Assembly (NCBI RefSeq): GCF_036321535.1
Contig: NC_087437.1
Coordinates: 51,028,001 to 51,092,000, forward strand
Reading direction: 5' to 3'
DNA: 64,000 nucleotides
DNA from: Camelus dromedarius
Taxonomy: Eukaryota
Shown here: in pieces, positions 1 to 13,429 of the stretch
Layout: each line of letters begins with the position of its first letter
Position numbering within the stretch: position 1 is the stretch's first letter
The notes under the pieces: generated by a model
The model's input: the letters and a program-made list of their open reading frames with translations, nothing else
What the model was told of the DNA's origin: nothing
Database searches by the model: none
Translations under genes and position numbers: made by a program

Positions 1-700
1 ACCAACCAATTCTCCATCTCCAGTTGGTGTCTGACAATTCAATTCAGTTCTGACACTACCTGAAGTTAGTTTCAGATTCCACAAGTTAAGGCCTCAGTCC
101 TACAAGACTGTCACCACTTCAAATGCCAGTCGCAATTCCCAGGTTGTCACCAATACTTCTGACCAGTCAGCTATAACTCAAGGTTTCCACAACCCCCTCC
201 TTGGGTTCAGTAATTTGCTCAGGAAAACACCTATTAAAGTTCACAGGTTTATTATATAATGAAGTATATTATAAAGGACACAAATAAACAGCTGAATAAA
301 GGGGTACCTAGGGTAAGGCCCAGAAGAGTCCCAAGCACGGGACCTTCTGTCTTCATGGATTTGAGGTGCACTACACTCCTAGGACATGGATGTGTTTACC
401 AACCTAGAAGCTCTCCAAATCCTTTACTTTGGGGATTTTTATGGAGGCGTAATCCTGTAGACATGATCAGTTATTGATTCAATTTCCAGCCCTTCTCTCC
501 TCTCCAGAGAAGGGAGGGTGGGGTGAATCTTCCAAGTTTCTAATTATGGCTTGATCTTTCTGATGACCAGCCCTCATCTGGAGCCCACCAAGAGCCACCT
601 CATTAGAACAAAAGACACTCCCATCAACCAGGAAATTCCAAGGGATTTAGGAGCTCTTAAGTCAGGAACTAGGGGCAGAGACTAATATATATTACTAATA
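1..700 (-). mobile_element. ERV LTR, MER21-like (partial), in KLHL24 last intron
   Basis: Motifs caattcaattcagttctgacactacc, ctcagtcctacaagactg and ggaaattccaagggatttaggagctc recalled as MER21-family sequence. Confidence 0.7.
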
Positions 701-3700
701 TATATTTTTCTGTTGCATACCTGGACACAATTTTTTAGATTTTTCTTGTTTTCTTTTCAACTGATTCAGTCTAGCGTATCAGTTCTGTGTCCTTAAAGAG
801 TTTTGCCTATTCTTTTCCATTCCTTTGGTTCCTGCTTTCATTCAACTTCTCATCAGTTTTTACCTAAACTTAAAACAACAAATTCTAATCAGTGATCCTT
901 TCTCTAATGTCTTGCTTCTCTAACCCATTTTGCCACCAGTTATTTTCCCGCAAATCTAATTATGTCTCTCGTCTGATTGGAAACATACTGAGTATAATCC
1001 AAAAGTTTTTCCACTTCATTCTATGCTTTCTGTTGTCTGACCTCTGCTTGCCTTTCCAGCTTCATTTTCTTCACCTTTACCCCAATTACATTAAGTATCT
1101 GTTGCTTGCATTTGCTATAACAGATGATGTGTGTTCCTGCCTTGGTTTATGCTGTCCTCTTAGCCTTTAATACCTTTTCTACCTTCTCTACTTGTATTCT
1201 ACTCATCTTTCAAGGACCAGGTTTAGTTACAACAAACTGAGGTTGCCCTATTCAGAATTTGTATCTTTTTTTTCCTGCTCTGTCACTACATTTATACCTC
1301 TATTATGGACGTCATACATTTCCTTACATAACTGTTTATTTCCATACTGGAATTCAGTCTTCTTTAGGATACTGTATTTTCTAACTCATCTCATATATCT
1401 TGCATTTATTGGTGCTCAGTAAATATTTATTGAATAAGTAAATAAATAATAGTGAAGTAAAATAAGAGTGAAGTAACAGAGGGTCCTAATTTTAAGACAA
1501 TTTTATATGCAAGATATGTAAGAATTATAGACTATAAGGATAAAGACTAGAGTTTGAGTATAACACAATTTTTCTAAAGTTGTTGACATTGAGGTATATA
1601 GTCTCCACTTAGTAATATATTCAGAGAAACATTGCCTCAACCAATGGAAGGGATATAATAGGATCTCAAGCTTCATAGTAGTGGGAACATAATCTTCTAC
1701 CCTCTTATATCACATTTAAGTAAAATGAACCACATTTCTCTAGTTCAGTGGCCTCCTGGAAAGGACAGTCTCTAACTCTGTAAGTGAGGTATACCCTGCC
1801 ACATAAGAACCCTGTTACATTCACCTGTGTGACAGAGTGTTTACACTTAATTCTGAATTTTTTAACCAAATCTATTCTTTATTGATTTATTACAGTGCAT
1901 ATTTTAAAGCACAGTGCATTTCTGCTAAGAATTACTGTTCATTTAAAACTTGACTATACTGTATAAGACAATAGGAGAGCTTAGGAAGATAATTGCCAGC
2001 ATCTAGCATAATACAGGGTATATAATGAATAAATTTAACTAAATGATTGAGGTAAAACTAAGGAAAAACAACGGGACATACATTTTGGCACATTTTCCCT
2101 AATTAAACAATGACTGATACTTCAGATATTTCAAGGAACATTTAGATCAGAAGTATATTTATTATAACAAAGACAGATCATTAAAATCTAAATCTAGTAT
2201 TCCATATCAAATCTCTTGAAGCAAAAAAAATACTGAGATTTCTGGGATTATCTTTTCTCCCCTGGTCCTTTCTTATTACCAGTACCTCTAAGTGCATATT
2301 ATTGATAGGCAATTTTTGAACCATCTGTAAGTGTTTGCCTACCATGGTAGACAGCTATTTGAGTCAAAGGTTGTGTTTTGTTTTTTTTTTTAATGCTTAG
2401 AATAGTGAATGACCAAAAAAAGAGCTAAAAAATGAGTCCTGATAGACCCAGCCTTTTCTCTTTCTGTACTTCACCATTTCCTTGCCTTTGGACTTTGCAT
2501 AATTCTCAAAAGCCACAACATACTATTTTAAACATATTTTGCTTTTTAATTTTCATCAGGAACATATTTTTTTTAATTGTGGGGGGGTTTTTTTGGTTTT
2601 TTTTTTTTACTCCCTGTTTTTTTTAACCTTTCTTCTGTGGACTAGATATTTAAAATATCACTGAAGTTTAGAATAATAAAAGAAATCTGATTCTTTCTCT
2701 TTATGTTGGCATTTTAACATTTAAGCATTATAAAAAATAAGGAGAGGGGTATTTTTTACAATTTCATTTCATTGTGTTTCATTGAAGTCAGAAAAATAAC
2801 ATTAAAACTTCATATATTAATAAATTAGTTTTCTTACTAGCTGCCATTACTCTTCAGATTCTCAGAGTGAAATAAACTATTATACAAGTAATTTCCTGAT
2901 ATGAATGAATAACTCTTTTCATGGTTGCTTGCTTTATTTAATTCTGAGAATTATTTATGAAATGATGTTAATAACAAAAGCCTATAATTATATAGCTTAA
3001 GAATCATCATCAAAGTGAGTTTAAAGTTCAGTAGTACAAGTCAACATGTACTTAAAAACTAAGGGTGTTGTTTTTTATTGTATTCAGAACTCTTAGAATT
3101 TATAAAAAGAGCTCATTTTGCTTTAGATGAAAAATGTTGTAGTTTAGCACATAACTGGTACAATTCACGGGTGGTATTCTGCATAAAAGTTTGTCATTCA
3201 CATGATAATGGGGCAAGTAATTTTGGGTGTATATAAACTCTAATGTAAGAATTTTTAAATACTCCCTAATTCTTTTAGACCCTAAGATACTATCCTTTAT
3301 TATTTTAGTCCACCAAGATTTAATTTTTTTCTACCAGAGCAAAATTTTTATATAGCAAATCTGATCAAGTAAAAATGTTTATTGTACTCATTGGTAGAAC
3401 CCATTTCATTTTTGGTTATGTGGAAACAGGATAATAAATAAGATCAATAACTTTCTGAGTTAAAGTAAAATGTAAATAGAAGAATAATTGACCTATAGCA
3501 TAACCAGATTCATGCAGTAGTGAGACAATTTTAGTGTGATTTCTTTCTTTGAAGAATCACTCTTATCCTTGCAAGAATATTTGTTTTGTATAATAATTAT
3601 AGTTATTGACACAGGAGTAAAATTTAGCTTAGAATCTCATTGTGTGGAATGTTAACTATAAAATCTTATCTGGGGAGTTTCTATGCCCCAGCCAAGGCCT

Positions 3701-4139
3701 CTAATAACATCTTTGTTAATTTGGTTATAGCTCTTTCATTCATTCATTCAATTTGTGGGTAATCCCATATAATGAATAATGTCCCTATCCCTTGGTCATG
3801 TAATAGCCACTTCCCTGTAATATAGGAGAAGCAAGCCATACTCTTCAAGGATGTTTTTGTTTAACTACTATTAAGATAATTAAAACTCTTCTCTCAGTTC
3901 ACCACCCCCACTTCACTTCCCGTATCTTGATCCCAATTACTGACATACATTCTATCTTAACACTCCCTTCACCCATGCAAAATTATCTAGTACTCACATA
4001 TAGAGCAGGAGTTGGGCAAAAGGGAGCTTATTTCATGTCTCCTTTTTGACTGTGTTAAAGCATGCCTTATTTTACTTTTCAGTTTGCTACCAAATCCCCT
4101 ATCTTCAACAGCTAATTTTTTTTTAATTTGGTTGAACAG

Positions 4140-4340
4140 GAAAACTGTGGTATGTCTGTGTGTAATGGTAAAATATATATCCTGGGTGGAAGACGGGAAA
4201 ATGGAGAAGCTACAGACACTATTCTCTGTTATGATCCTGCAACAAGTATCATCACAGGGGTAGCTGCAATGCCCAGGCCAGTGTCCTATCACGGATGTGT
4301 GACTATTCATAGATACAATGAGAAATGCTTTAAGCTCTAA
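4140..4340 (+). CDS. KLHL24: Kelch-like protein 24, final coding exon (C-terminal kelch repeat)
   Basis: Acceptor ttttaatttggttgaacag ends at 4139. Frame reads ENCGMSVCNGKIYILGGRRENGEATDTILCYDPATSIITGVAAMPRPVSYHGCVTIHRYNEKCFKL-TAA, with the kelch GG motif, matching the KLHL24 C-terminus. Adjacency to YEATS2 matches known mammalian synteny. Confidence 0.96.
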   Translation, partial: ENCGMSVCNGKIYILGGRRENGEATDTILCYDPATSIITGVAAMPRPVSYHGCVTIHRYNEKCFKL

Positions 4341-7300
4341 AGCCAGGATACCTCACCCAAGAAGCCACACCAATCCAAGATGAGAGGTTTTAAAAACTCC
4401 AGAGTGGGAACTTGACATATTTCCTTTATACCATATGCACAAAAAGGTAAAAATAATAATTGTGGTGCCTTTCTCCCCAAAATATCAATCTTTCAAACTG
4501 TAATAAAACCTTTCCTGTAATTGAAAAAAAAAAATATGTTGAAGGTAATAGTGTCTTTGCTTGGGCTTTGAGAGTGTATCTTTGTATTTGTAAGAAACCT
4601 ATGTGAAGTAGGAAATAATGTCTGCCTGCATACCTTTTAGGAATTTGTGAATGGTCTCTTCGTTTATGTAGGTTTATCTGCAAGACTGTATATTCCTTAT
4701 TTTGTCATATATGTGTGTGTGTATGTATATATATAGAGAAAAAATTTCATGACAAGGCTTCATTTAGGTTGACTCACATAATGCTTAGAATCATTCTAAA
4801 GGGGAAAAATCAGTTTTAAAAATTTGTCACTAAAAAATACATCCAAAATGATTAATTTTACTGGGTTTTTTTTCCCTATAATTGATAAAAATGTAATGAC
4901 AACAATTTGAGTATCAAAAAACACTGAATTATTGTGACTTCATTCTTTGAATTGGTTTCTTATATTAAAGATTTTTGAGGAGGGAGGAGATATAAAAGCA
5001 GGTGCCCCTAAAATGGGGATTAAAATTACAGATTATTTCCTAAGAAAAAAGCTACCTAAGACCATTGAAAGGAAAATGACCCACCGTGGCTCACAAAAGT
5101 CTTTATGTATCATCTCTAAATCCTCTAAGGAAGCGCCTTTTCTTGAACCTGGCAAAAAAAGTTGAAATCCACTTTGTAATATTATCTTGTGAAAAACTGG
5201 GATAGATTTTCTCCCTAGCCCAGTATGGTTTGACCTCATTAGTATGGTGCTTTGGGTGAGGACCTCTTCCTGGTTACCCTGTTTTCTTGTGAACAGCTGA
5301 AAATCCTGGGAGTCTCTACTGTTAAGCTGTCCTTACAGGATAAAGCGGGGACCACCTGTCTCAGTGGGTCCATAATTTTTTTTAATTAGCTATCTGAAGA
5401 AACTAACAGCAGTAGTTGGCAGTCTTCTATAATATCTCTTTCATCTGGTACCCATGGTGTAAAACGTTGATCAACATTCTCAAGCTTCTATGCATCAAAT
5501 TGCCTTTGTCTAGATGTTTCAGTTTCAGTTTAATAAAGCTTACTAGTTTTCAGAGAAGAATGTAAAACTTTTTTCTAAGGCAAATGGAATAGCAGAAACT
5601 ACAGCATAGACGATTATTGTTATTTCTGGGTGGACAGATAAAATTTACAACATTTTAGGGATGTTCCAGGTAGCCTGCTGTATTTCGACTTCCCAGGCAT
5701 TACTGTCATCTCACATCATGATTACATACTCCTTGTCATAGGGGTAATGACGCTAATATGTGATTATAGTGTCACCAGATTTCTGTTAAAACCAAGGTAG
5801 TAATCAAAAACCTAACATTGATAAACTACTTTTTTTTCCTCATTTTAGAATGATACAGAGATTTCAAATAAACTATATGGCATCAAATTTAATGCTTAGC
5901 TGGAATCTGAATTCTGAGGAAAACTCTAAAAAACTTAAATTTTTAGGGAATTTTTATTTTTCAAATCATATGAAATGGTATATACCTTTTTGTGATAATT
6001 ATCAAAGCAATTTAGAAAACAGTTTTCTACCATTTTAGTTGAAAGGCAATAGTAGATACAATTGGGATACTGTTTTAAATTTTAGAGTAAACATCTATTT
6101 CTGCATCAAACTTTTGTAGATAATGGAACCTATTTAGTTCAGAAATTCTTTGTGGCATATGAGATAACGTATGAGAAAAGTGTTTTGTAAGTGCTGAGGA
6201 TTATGTAAATGATACTTGTTATTTTCATGTGTATTTGTAAGATCATGCCCATCCATAAATACAGACACTTCACACAAAAAGACTTTCTCAACATAACTTG
6301 TATTCTAGTATTTTTGTCTATTATAAAAGTATTAACTATTGTATTTTGTTATACATTTATTTTTAATATTCATGTGTTTATTGTAGTAAATTTGAAATGA
6401 AATCCCATAAAACTGAATTTGTTTAAACATAGACCTCATGCCAATATTGTTTAATTTTTTTCTCTACATAATTTAAAACTACATAAATTAAGTAGGCCAC
6501 CAAGAACTTAGCTTGAACCCTATGAAATTAAAGTAACAATTTTTAAAGTTACCTGATACTTTACTTTCCTTTAATTCTTTATCTTCCTTTATTGATTTTT
6601 GATAAATAGTAATGTTAGCATTGATAAAATAATAAAGAACTTTAAAGTATAATTAGTATATCAAAAGGGATTTATCAACTACATTGGTGTCAGACTGTAT
6701 TCATACTGTCATCACAGAGTTGACAGATTTTCTTTTGGTGGGTGATGCTCATAGAAGCCTTTGGGTTAGGATACATGTATATATATGTAGATAGATAGTA
6801 TGCTCATCTACACACATTTATACAAGCACCAAGAATTTTATCAGTTTGTGATGATCAGAAAAAGGCACATAAAGTAAAAATGAGCTGACCTTATTAAATT
6901 CAGTTCCAGAAGGTTTTTTTTTTTAATTTGGGCATTTCTAGAACACTTCTTTACATATGAAAGTACAGGATAAGTATTAGTATGATGGCTTGTATACAGT
7001 CAAAATCTATATGATACATACAGTTTTACAAGATCAGAAAACAGATTGGAGGTGGATACAAGTTTGCTAACCCTAGCCATGATACCTCAGTGGGAAGGAA
7101 ATTTAAAAGTATGTTTTGTGGATCAACAGAAAAGTAGTTTCTTTTTTCATGAATTTTAATCCTTTTTCGTGTGTTTCTATATGTGAGTGAACTATAAAGT
7201 GGTCTAATTTTTACAACAAAAGGCCTTCATTTTCTACTCTACTCTTCCCACTGTCTTTACTGCACAGGTATGAAATGGTAGCCTGTTGTATCTTCAGTAA

Positions 7301-8440
7301 CCCTTTTTTCCCTAGATGACTGAAATACAGATATTGACTCCATTTAAACCAGGTGTTAAGGAAAAAAATGATGTAAATACTCAGGGAGGGTATTAACTTG
7401 TCCTTTTTGCCTAATTGGAGTGTTTAAAGTGCCATAACTAACTTCAGTTCATGATTCTAGAGTAAATTTAATTTGGTAAAGGGGCTTCACACATGATGGT
7501 GGTTAAACATTCATTCTTTTATATTTAGAAAGGTGAAAGTGTTTGTGGACTGACACATTTCCTCTTAGTGAAAATGAATTGTTTATGTATCTCTACTGTC
7601 ATACACCCTTTTTGAAACTCAGGAACGACAAAGGTTCAATTATACTACTTTTGTCAATATTCAAACCAGGTGTGTTTTTTTTCCCTGCCGTCTTGATATG
7701 GCAATAGATTTTTTTTAAAGAACTGCTGTGAGAACCCATATATGAAAAGAGAGGGGTTGAATCGTTTGTGTGTGCCTTTGGTTTCTTGAGATTTATATGT
7801 GGAAAAGTCATCTTCTACTCTAGACCGTATTTTTAAAGAGAAGACATTGCTGCTTATGTGATGCCAAGTGATAAGATAATGTCTCTTAAAGGCTTCCTAT
7901 GGACCGCCTTTATTTTCCTAAACTCAAGACACCAGTTAACCTCAACATAGTTTTGGCCTTATTAGGATTTCTTGTCCATTATACTGAAAGCCAGGTTTAC
8001 ATCACCACATCCCATTATTCCTTTTAGTTAAATAAATAAATTCATATACCAAGAAACCAGAATGGGGCAGTTTGATTGGCCTTCAAGGCAGTAGGTTTGA
8101 CCAGCTAGCTATACTTACTGTCACATCTAATGCTAGGCATCAGAAACCACTTGAGCCAGGAGTGTGAATTGATAATTCCAGAGACATTTGCAACATACTT
8201 CAGACTTTTTTTTAATGTTTTTTATGAATGTTTTACATTTGTGAGATTGCCTTAGATATTAAATTTACTTAGTGCTAAAGATGATCATCATAAAAAATTT
8301 TTAAAATAGCAATAGTCATAACTTATTTTATATATTGTTCCAAAGAAAAGAATTTGTTTTAATGTTTTCAAAATAACTGCATCTGAATTTGTTTATGTGC
8401 CTTAAGTTCTCTAGTGCTATTTTAACATTTTTTCAATCTA

Positions 8441-8446
8441 AATAAA
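8441..8446 (+). terminator. Candidate poly(A) signal AATAAA
   Basis: AATAAA followed by T/GT-rich sequence (ttcatatttgtttcc). Confidence 0.45.
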
Positions 8447-9138
8447 GCTTATCTTAGATAAGTTTCATATTTGTTTCCTATAAATTTCTCTTCTTAATTT
8501 TTTTAATGAGCACCAATCATGTGGTTGCTTGGCAGAAAGAGAATGTTAAGAAAGGTTGTTGAGTGTTTGGAGTTTTATTATACTTGGGAGGGTTTTTGTT
8601 TGATACCAAGGTGCTTTTTAAGATATTTAGAAAAACATCTATCTTACATTGATTAAACCCTTGTAAACATTATTTGCAGTATCTACATCTAATATCAAAA
8701 AAGTAAATCTTCTTATTTTTGTTCCATTCTTACGTACTATTTTTTTTCCTCTACAAGCTCTTTTACTTATCTTTCTTGAAAAAGTTCTTACTCTTTCCTT
8801 CCCCAACACCCCTCCCCATGGTTTCTTTATTTAAATTCTTACTGAGAGTTTCTGGAGCTACCTAAGACAACACAATTACAGAGTTGAACAAGAGTATAAT
8901 GTGCTTTACAACTTGTACAGACCTGAGGCAGCCAAATGTCATTTGCTTTCAGAGGCTCCAGAGTCTTCACAGTGGAAAAAAAAAAGCTTTGTATTTCTTT
9001 CTTCTCAATTCAGTTGCAGCACACTAATACTTATATGTCTTGTTTAAATATCCTTTGTGCATAGTTTTCTTTAATTTTTTAAAAGTTGTTGTATCTAGTA
9101 AAAATGTCTCTTAACCATTATTACTTGACTATGGTTGT

Positions 9139-9144
9139 ATTAAA
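9139..9144 (+). terminator. Candidate distal poly(A) signal ATTAAA
   Basis: TGTA overlapping upstream, CA ~12 nt downstream, then GT/T-rich ctttttgttttgtc; repeats resume shortly after. Confidence 0.55.
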
Positions 9145-9829
9145 TTTTATTTACCAAAACCTTTTTGTTTTGTCTTATCTTAAATATATTCGAATGGTTG
9201 TTTGAAAAAGAAGTGGGGGAAATTACAAATTAATATGTGTATTTACTGGTATGCCCACAAATTAACTAGAAGGATAAACAAAAAACTAAAAACATTGGTG
9301 TGTATGAGGAAATGGTGGGTTAGGGACAAGTAAAAAGCAACTTCATTGTATACTCCTATAGAGTTATGTGTAATTATATATATAAATATGTATATAATCT
9401 ACTTTAATCTGAGCCACATGAAAGTGTTACCTATTCAAAGAAGTTTTTAACTCCTGGAAAGTGATCCATAACATTTTCACTGTAGTGTTCTTTTGATTTG
9501 GGTCGCAAAAATACCCCTGTAATAATATCAAGAGTAAAGAACTTAAATTTTATTTCAAGTGTCAAAGAGGGGGCACATTATCAACCATAGAGGCGATGTC
9601 TGATTTTACATTAGCAAAAGTACAATTTTGAAAAGATATGTTACAGAAGCACAAGCAATGCTTAGCTTTTTATGCTTAGTCTTTGAATTGTGCCATCAAA
9701 ACACAATGGCAAGTTAGAATGCATCTTAAATAATAAATATTAAAGCTGTTACTTCAATTTAAAAAAAAATGGAAACTTAGAAACACACACACACACAAAA
9801 AGTAAAGGTGTTTTCATTGTACTTAATTC

Positions 9830-10000
9830 CTCTGGAAAGTGGGTGGGCTTCATCAGATCTGATTCCAGCCAGTGCTCTGCCAAAAAGCCATTTAACCTCT
9901 CTGAGCCATATTTTCCTTGTTCTAGGAAATGTAGTCATAGTACTCACCTTACAGGCTTATTGGATAATGGGATGTATGTTGAAGAATGAACAGTCCTGGC
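9830..10000 (+). mobile_element. MIR-like SINE remnant
   Basis: atttaacctctctgagcc...tttcctt...gtactcaccttacagg resembles the MIR core. Confidence 0.5.
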
Positions 10001-10297
10001 ACAGAAGAGGAGAATATAAATGTTGGTTCCTCCTCCGTGTATTTTGTTTTTAGGATAAAAGTACCGTATGCACAATCAGGGAAGAAGTTGAAAGAATTAA
10101 AAGTAATTGTTAGCTTATATTTGGAAAATCACGGATAATGGGTAAAGAATAGAAGCCTCTTTAAATTTTCTCTTAAAAAAAAAAGTGTGCTCTTAACAGA
10201 ATCAGGGGCAAAGTGAGCTAAACCTGTCTTCTGTTTCTCTGCTATTAACTGCTAATGGAGGCTAAGAAAATCAGAAGGCATGATTTCCTCCTAATTA

Positions 10298-10843
10298 TGT
10301 TGGGGTCTTTTTTATTTTCTATATTTTATGATGTTTTGACATCTTCAGAGAGCCTTGCTGGCTGGGGAGAAACTGTTCCTCCCAGGACTAGCTAATTCCT
10401 AGGGGTAGCAAGCAGCTCATGGGTGAGCCCAGCTTTGGTATATAAACCAACCAATCTCCTGTCCAAACCCCCAGTCACTTCCTTTAACTTTCAGCACACC
10501 AAGCTAACATTTCCTCTACCTTCTATCACCCTGGGGCCAGGTACCAGAAGACAGAACTGCCCCCATTGTCCCCAAACCACCTGGAATTATTCAAACAAGC
10601 CAATCGTAAACTGTTTATCCTGCCATGCCTTGATTTTTCTCATGGAAACACCAGGAAAGTCTGTGGCTTTCTCCTAATTTCTTTCTGCCTCTGGACACTG
10701 GTGCTTCCCCTGTGGGCTCTGTGTGACATGATGTGCCTCTTGCTTCAAGGGGAACTCTGAGTAAGTAACATTAAAGTTTTCTTTCAATGGCATTGACCTC
10801 TCCCTCCATGTTGTCACTCAGTCTCATTTATAAGTTAAGACAC
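10298..10843. mobile_element. ERV1-class solo LTR (MER34/MER39-like)
   Basis: TG...CA ends; gctaattcctag and tataaaccaaccaatc motifs typical of these LTRs. Confidence 0.55.
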
Positions 10844-11522
10844 AAATCACTTGTTCAAATAGCCCAGAAATAAACCCACACACCTACAGTGAATTCATCT
10901 TTGACAGATGGGGCAAGAATATACAATGGAGAAAACACAGTCTCTTTGGTAAGTAATGTTGAGAAAGCTGGACAGCCGCATTGTAAATCAATGAAGTTAG
11001 AACATTCCCTCACACCATACACAAAACTAAACTCAAAATGGCTTAAAGACTTAAACATAAGACAAGACACTATAAACCTCCTAGAAGAAAACATAAGCAA
11101 AATATTTTCTGATATAAGTCTTAGCAATGTTCTCCTAGGCCTATCTACCCAGGCAATAGAAATAAAAGCAAAAATAAACGAATGGAACCTAGTGAAACTT
11201 ACAAGCTTTTGCACAGCAAAGGAAACCATAAACAAAACGGAAAGACAACCTACAGAATGGGAGAAAATATTTGTAAATGATGCAACTGACAAGGGCTTAA
11301 CTTCCAGAATATAAAAACAGCTCATACAACTCAATAACAACAACAACACCCAATCCAAAAATGAGCAGAGGACCTAAAAAAGCAATTCTCCAATGAAGAC
11401 ATACAAATGGCCAATAGGCACATGAAAAAATGCTTAATTTTATGAGAGAAATACGAATCAAAATACAAAAGGTATCACCTCACACCAGGCAGAATGGCCA
11501 TCATTAAAAAGTCCACAAGTGA

Positions 11523-12265
11523 GCATATATCCAGAAGGAACTCTACTTCAAAAAGACACCTGCACCCCAATGTTCATAGCAGCACTATTTACAATAGCCA
11601 AGGCATGGAATCAGCCTAAATGTCCATTGACAGCTGACTGGATAAAGAAGATGTGGTATATTTATACAATGGAATACTATTCAGCCATTAAAAATGACAA
11701 CGCCATTTGCAGCAACATGAATGTCCCTGGAGAATGTCATTCTAAGTGACGTAAGCCAGAAAAAGAAAGAAAAATACCATATGAGATTGCTCATATGTGG
11801 AATCTTAAAAAAACGAAAGGAAAAAGAAAGGAAAGAAAGAAAAGAGAAAGAAAGAGAAAGAAAGGAAGAAAAGAAAAAAACAGGAAGGAAGGAAGAAAGG
11901 AAGAAAAAAAGGAAGGACAGAAAAGAAAGGAAGGAAGGAAGGAAGAGAGACAAATGAACATAAACACAAAGCAGAAACAGACTCAACCATAGAATACAAG
12001 CTTGTGGTTGCTGGGGGGAGTAAGATGGGAAGGGACAGACTGGGAGTTTGAAATTTGTAGATACTGACAGGCATATATAGAATAGATAAACAAGTTTATA
12101 CTATATAGCACAGGGAAATATATACAAGATCTTGTGGTAGCTCACAGTGAAAAATAATGCAACAGTGAATATATGTATGTTCATGTATAACTGAAAAATT
12201 GTGCTCTACACTGGAAATTGGCACAACATTGTAAACTGACTATAACTCAAGAAAAAATGAAAAAC
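11523..12265 (+). mobile_element. Younger LINE-1 3' end nested in the older L1
   Basis: ORF2 C-terminal peptide DTCTPMFIAALFTIAKAWNQPKCP...WYIYTMEYYSAIK, its own 3' UTR and A tail; TSD at 11507-11522 and 12266-12281. Confidence 0.85.
11807..11950 (+). repeat. GA-rich (GAAA/GGAA) microsatellite
   Basis: Imperfect aaag/ggaa tandem array. Confidence 0.9.
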
Positions 12266-13429
12266 AAAAGTTCGCAAGTGATAAATGCTGGAGAGGGTGT
12301 GGAGAAAAGGGAACCCTCCTACAATATTGATGGGAATGTAGTTTGGTGAACCATTATGGAAAACAGTATGGAAATTGCTCAAAAAACAAAAAGTAGACTT
12401 ATTATATGATCCTGCAATCCCATTCCTGGGCATATATCTGGAGGGAACTCTAATTCAGAAAGATACATGATGTTCTTTAGCAGCACTATTTATAATAGCC
12501 AAGACGTGGAAGCAACCTAAATGTCCATTGACAGATAATCAGATGAGAAGTTGTGGTGTATATATACACCACAATATACACAATGAAGTATTACTCAGCC
12601 ATAAAGATTACCATCATAAGTAAAGTCATATAGAGACATATCATGATATCACTTGTATGTGGAATCTAAAAATATGACACAAATGAACTTATTTACAAAA
12701 CAGAAATAGACTTACAGACATAGAAAACAAACTTATGGTTACCAAAGGGGAAAAGGGGGAGGGATAAATTAGGAGTTTTGGATTAGCAGATACAAACTAC
12801 TATATACAAAATAGATAAACAAGTTCCTACTGCATAGCACAGGGAACTATATTCAATAGCTAGTAATAACCTATAATGAAAAAGGATATGTATAACTGAA
12901 TCACCATGCTATACACCAGAAACCAGCACATTATAAATCAACCATACTTCAGTTTTAAAAAAAAAATCACCTGTTCATTATTATATTTTAATAGCACGCT
13001 CAGCACAGAGGTCCTTAATGCTTCACTATTTTGTTTTTTATACAAGAGCCTGTATAGTCCTTAAAACAGGATTTTTGAGTCAGAGTTTAATACACATAAT
13101 AATACATATGTAATATAACCAAAGTGCTAAAGAGGAATCAGTGCAAAAAGTCAAGGCTTTGAATATTCGTTTCTTTTTATTTAGAGAAAAATGTGACAAA
13201 GGGAGGCATCTTGTCCAAATGGAAAGAGGAAAGAGGATTTTAAATGATAGTTACTTGCTTAACACACATACTCCATTCTACTGAGATTTGGTGAATGACA
13301 CTAGAGATAGTAAGGAATTCACTGTCTTCAAGTAGGTAAACAGAAGAGGTAAAACAAAAGAGAAAGCAGCCTTTCTAGCATAGTGTGACAGCTATGGAAA
13401 AGGGCCTGCCTGAACTCCAGTCACAGGGA

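Larger units (their letters stand above)
4341..9160 (+). other. KLHL24: KLHL24 long AU-rich 3' UTR (end approximate)
   Basis: Follows the stop codon; ~4.8 kb, AT-rich, no recognisable interspersed repeats, several poly(A) hexamers and miRNA seed matches. Confidence 0.75.
10858..12963 (+). mobile_element. 5'-truncated LINE-1 (ORF2 3' part + 3' UTR) hosting a second L1
   Basis: ORF 10889-11314 gives L1 ORF2 peptide ([18 protein letters not shown]...[14 protein letters not shown]). A tail at ~12957-12966. TSD aaatcac(t/c)tgttca at 10844-10857 and 12964-12977. Confidence 0.9.

Noticed and set aside
3987..4310. Antisense and alternative-frame ORFs over the KLHL24 exon
   Set aside because: Shadow frames extending into intron sequence with no independent support
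10855..12433. ORFs up to 167 aa as host genes
   Set aside because: LINE-1 ORF2 remnants, their antisense frames, and microsatellite translations
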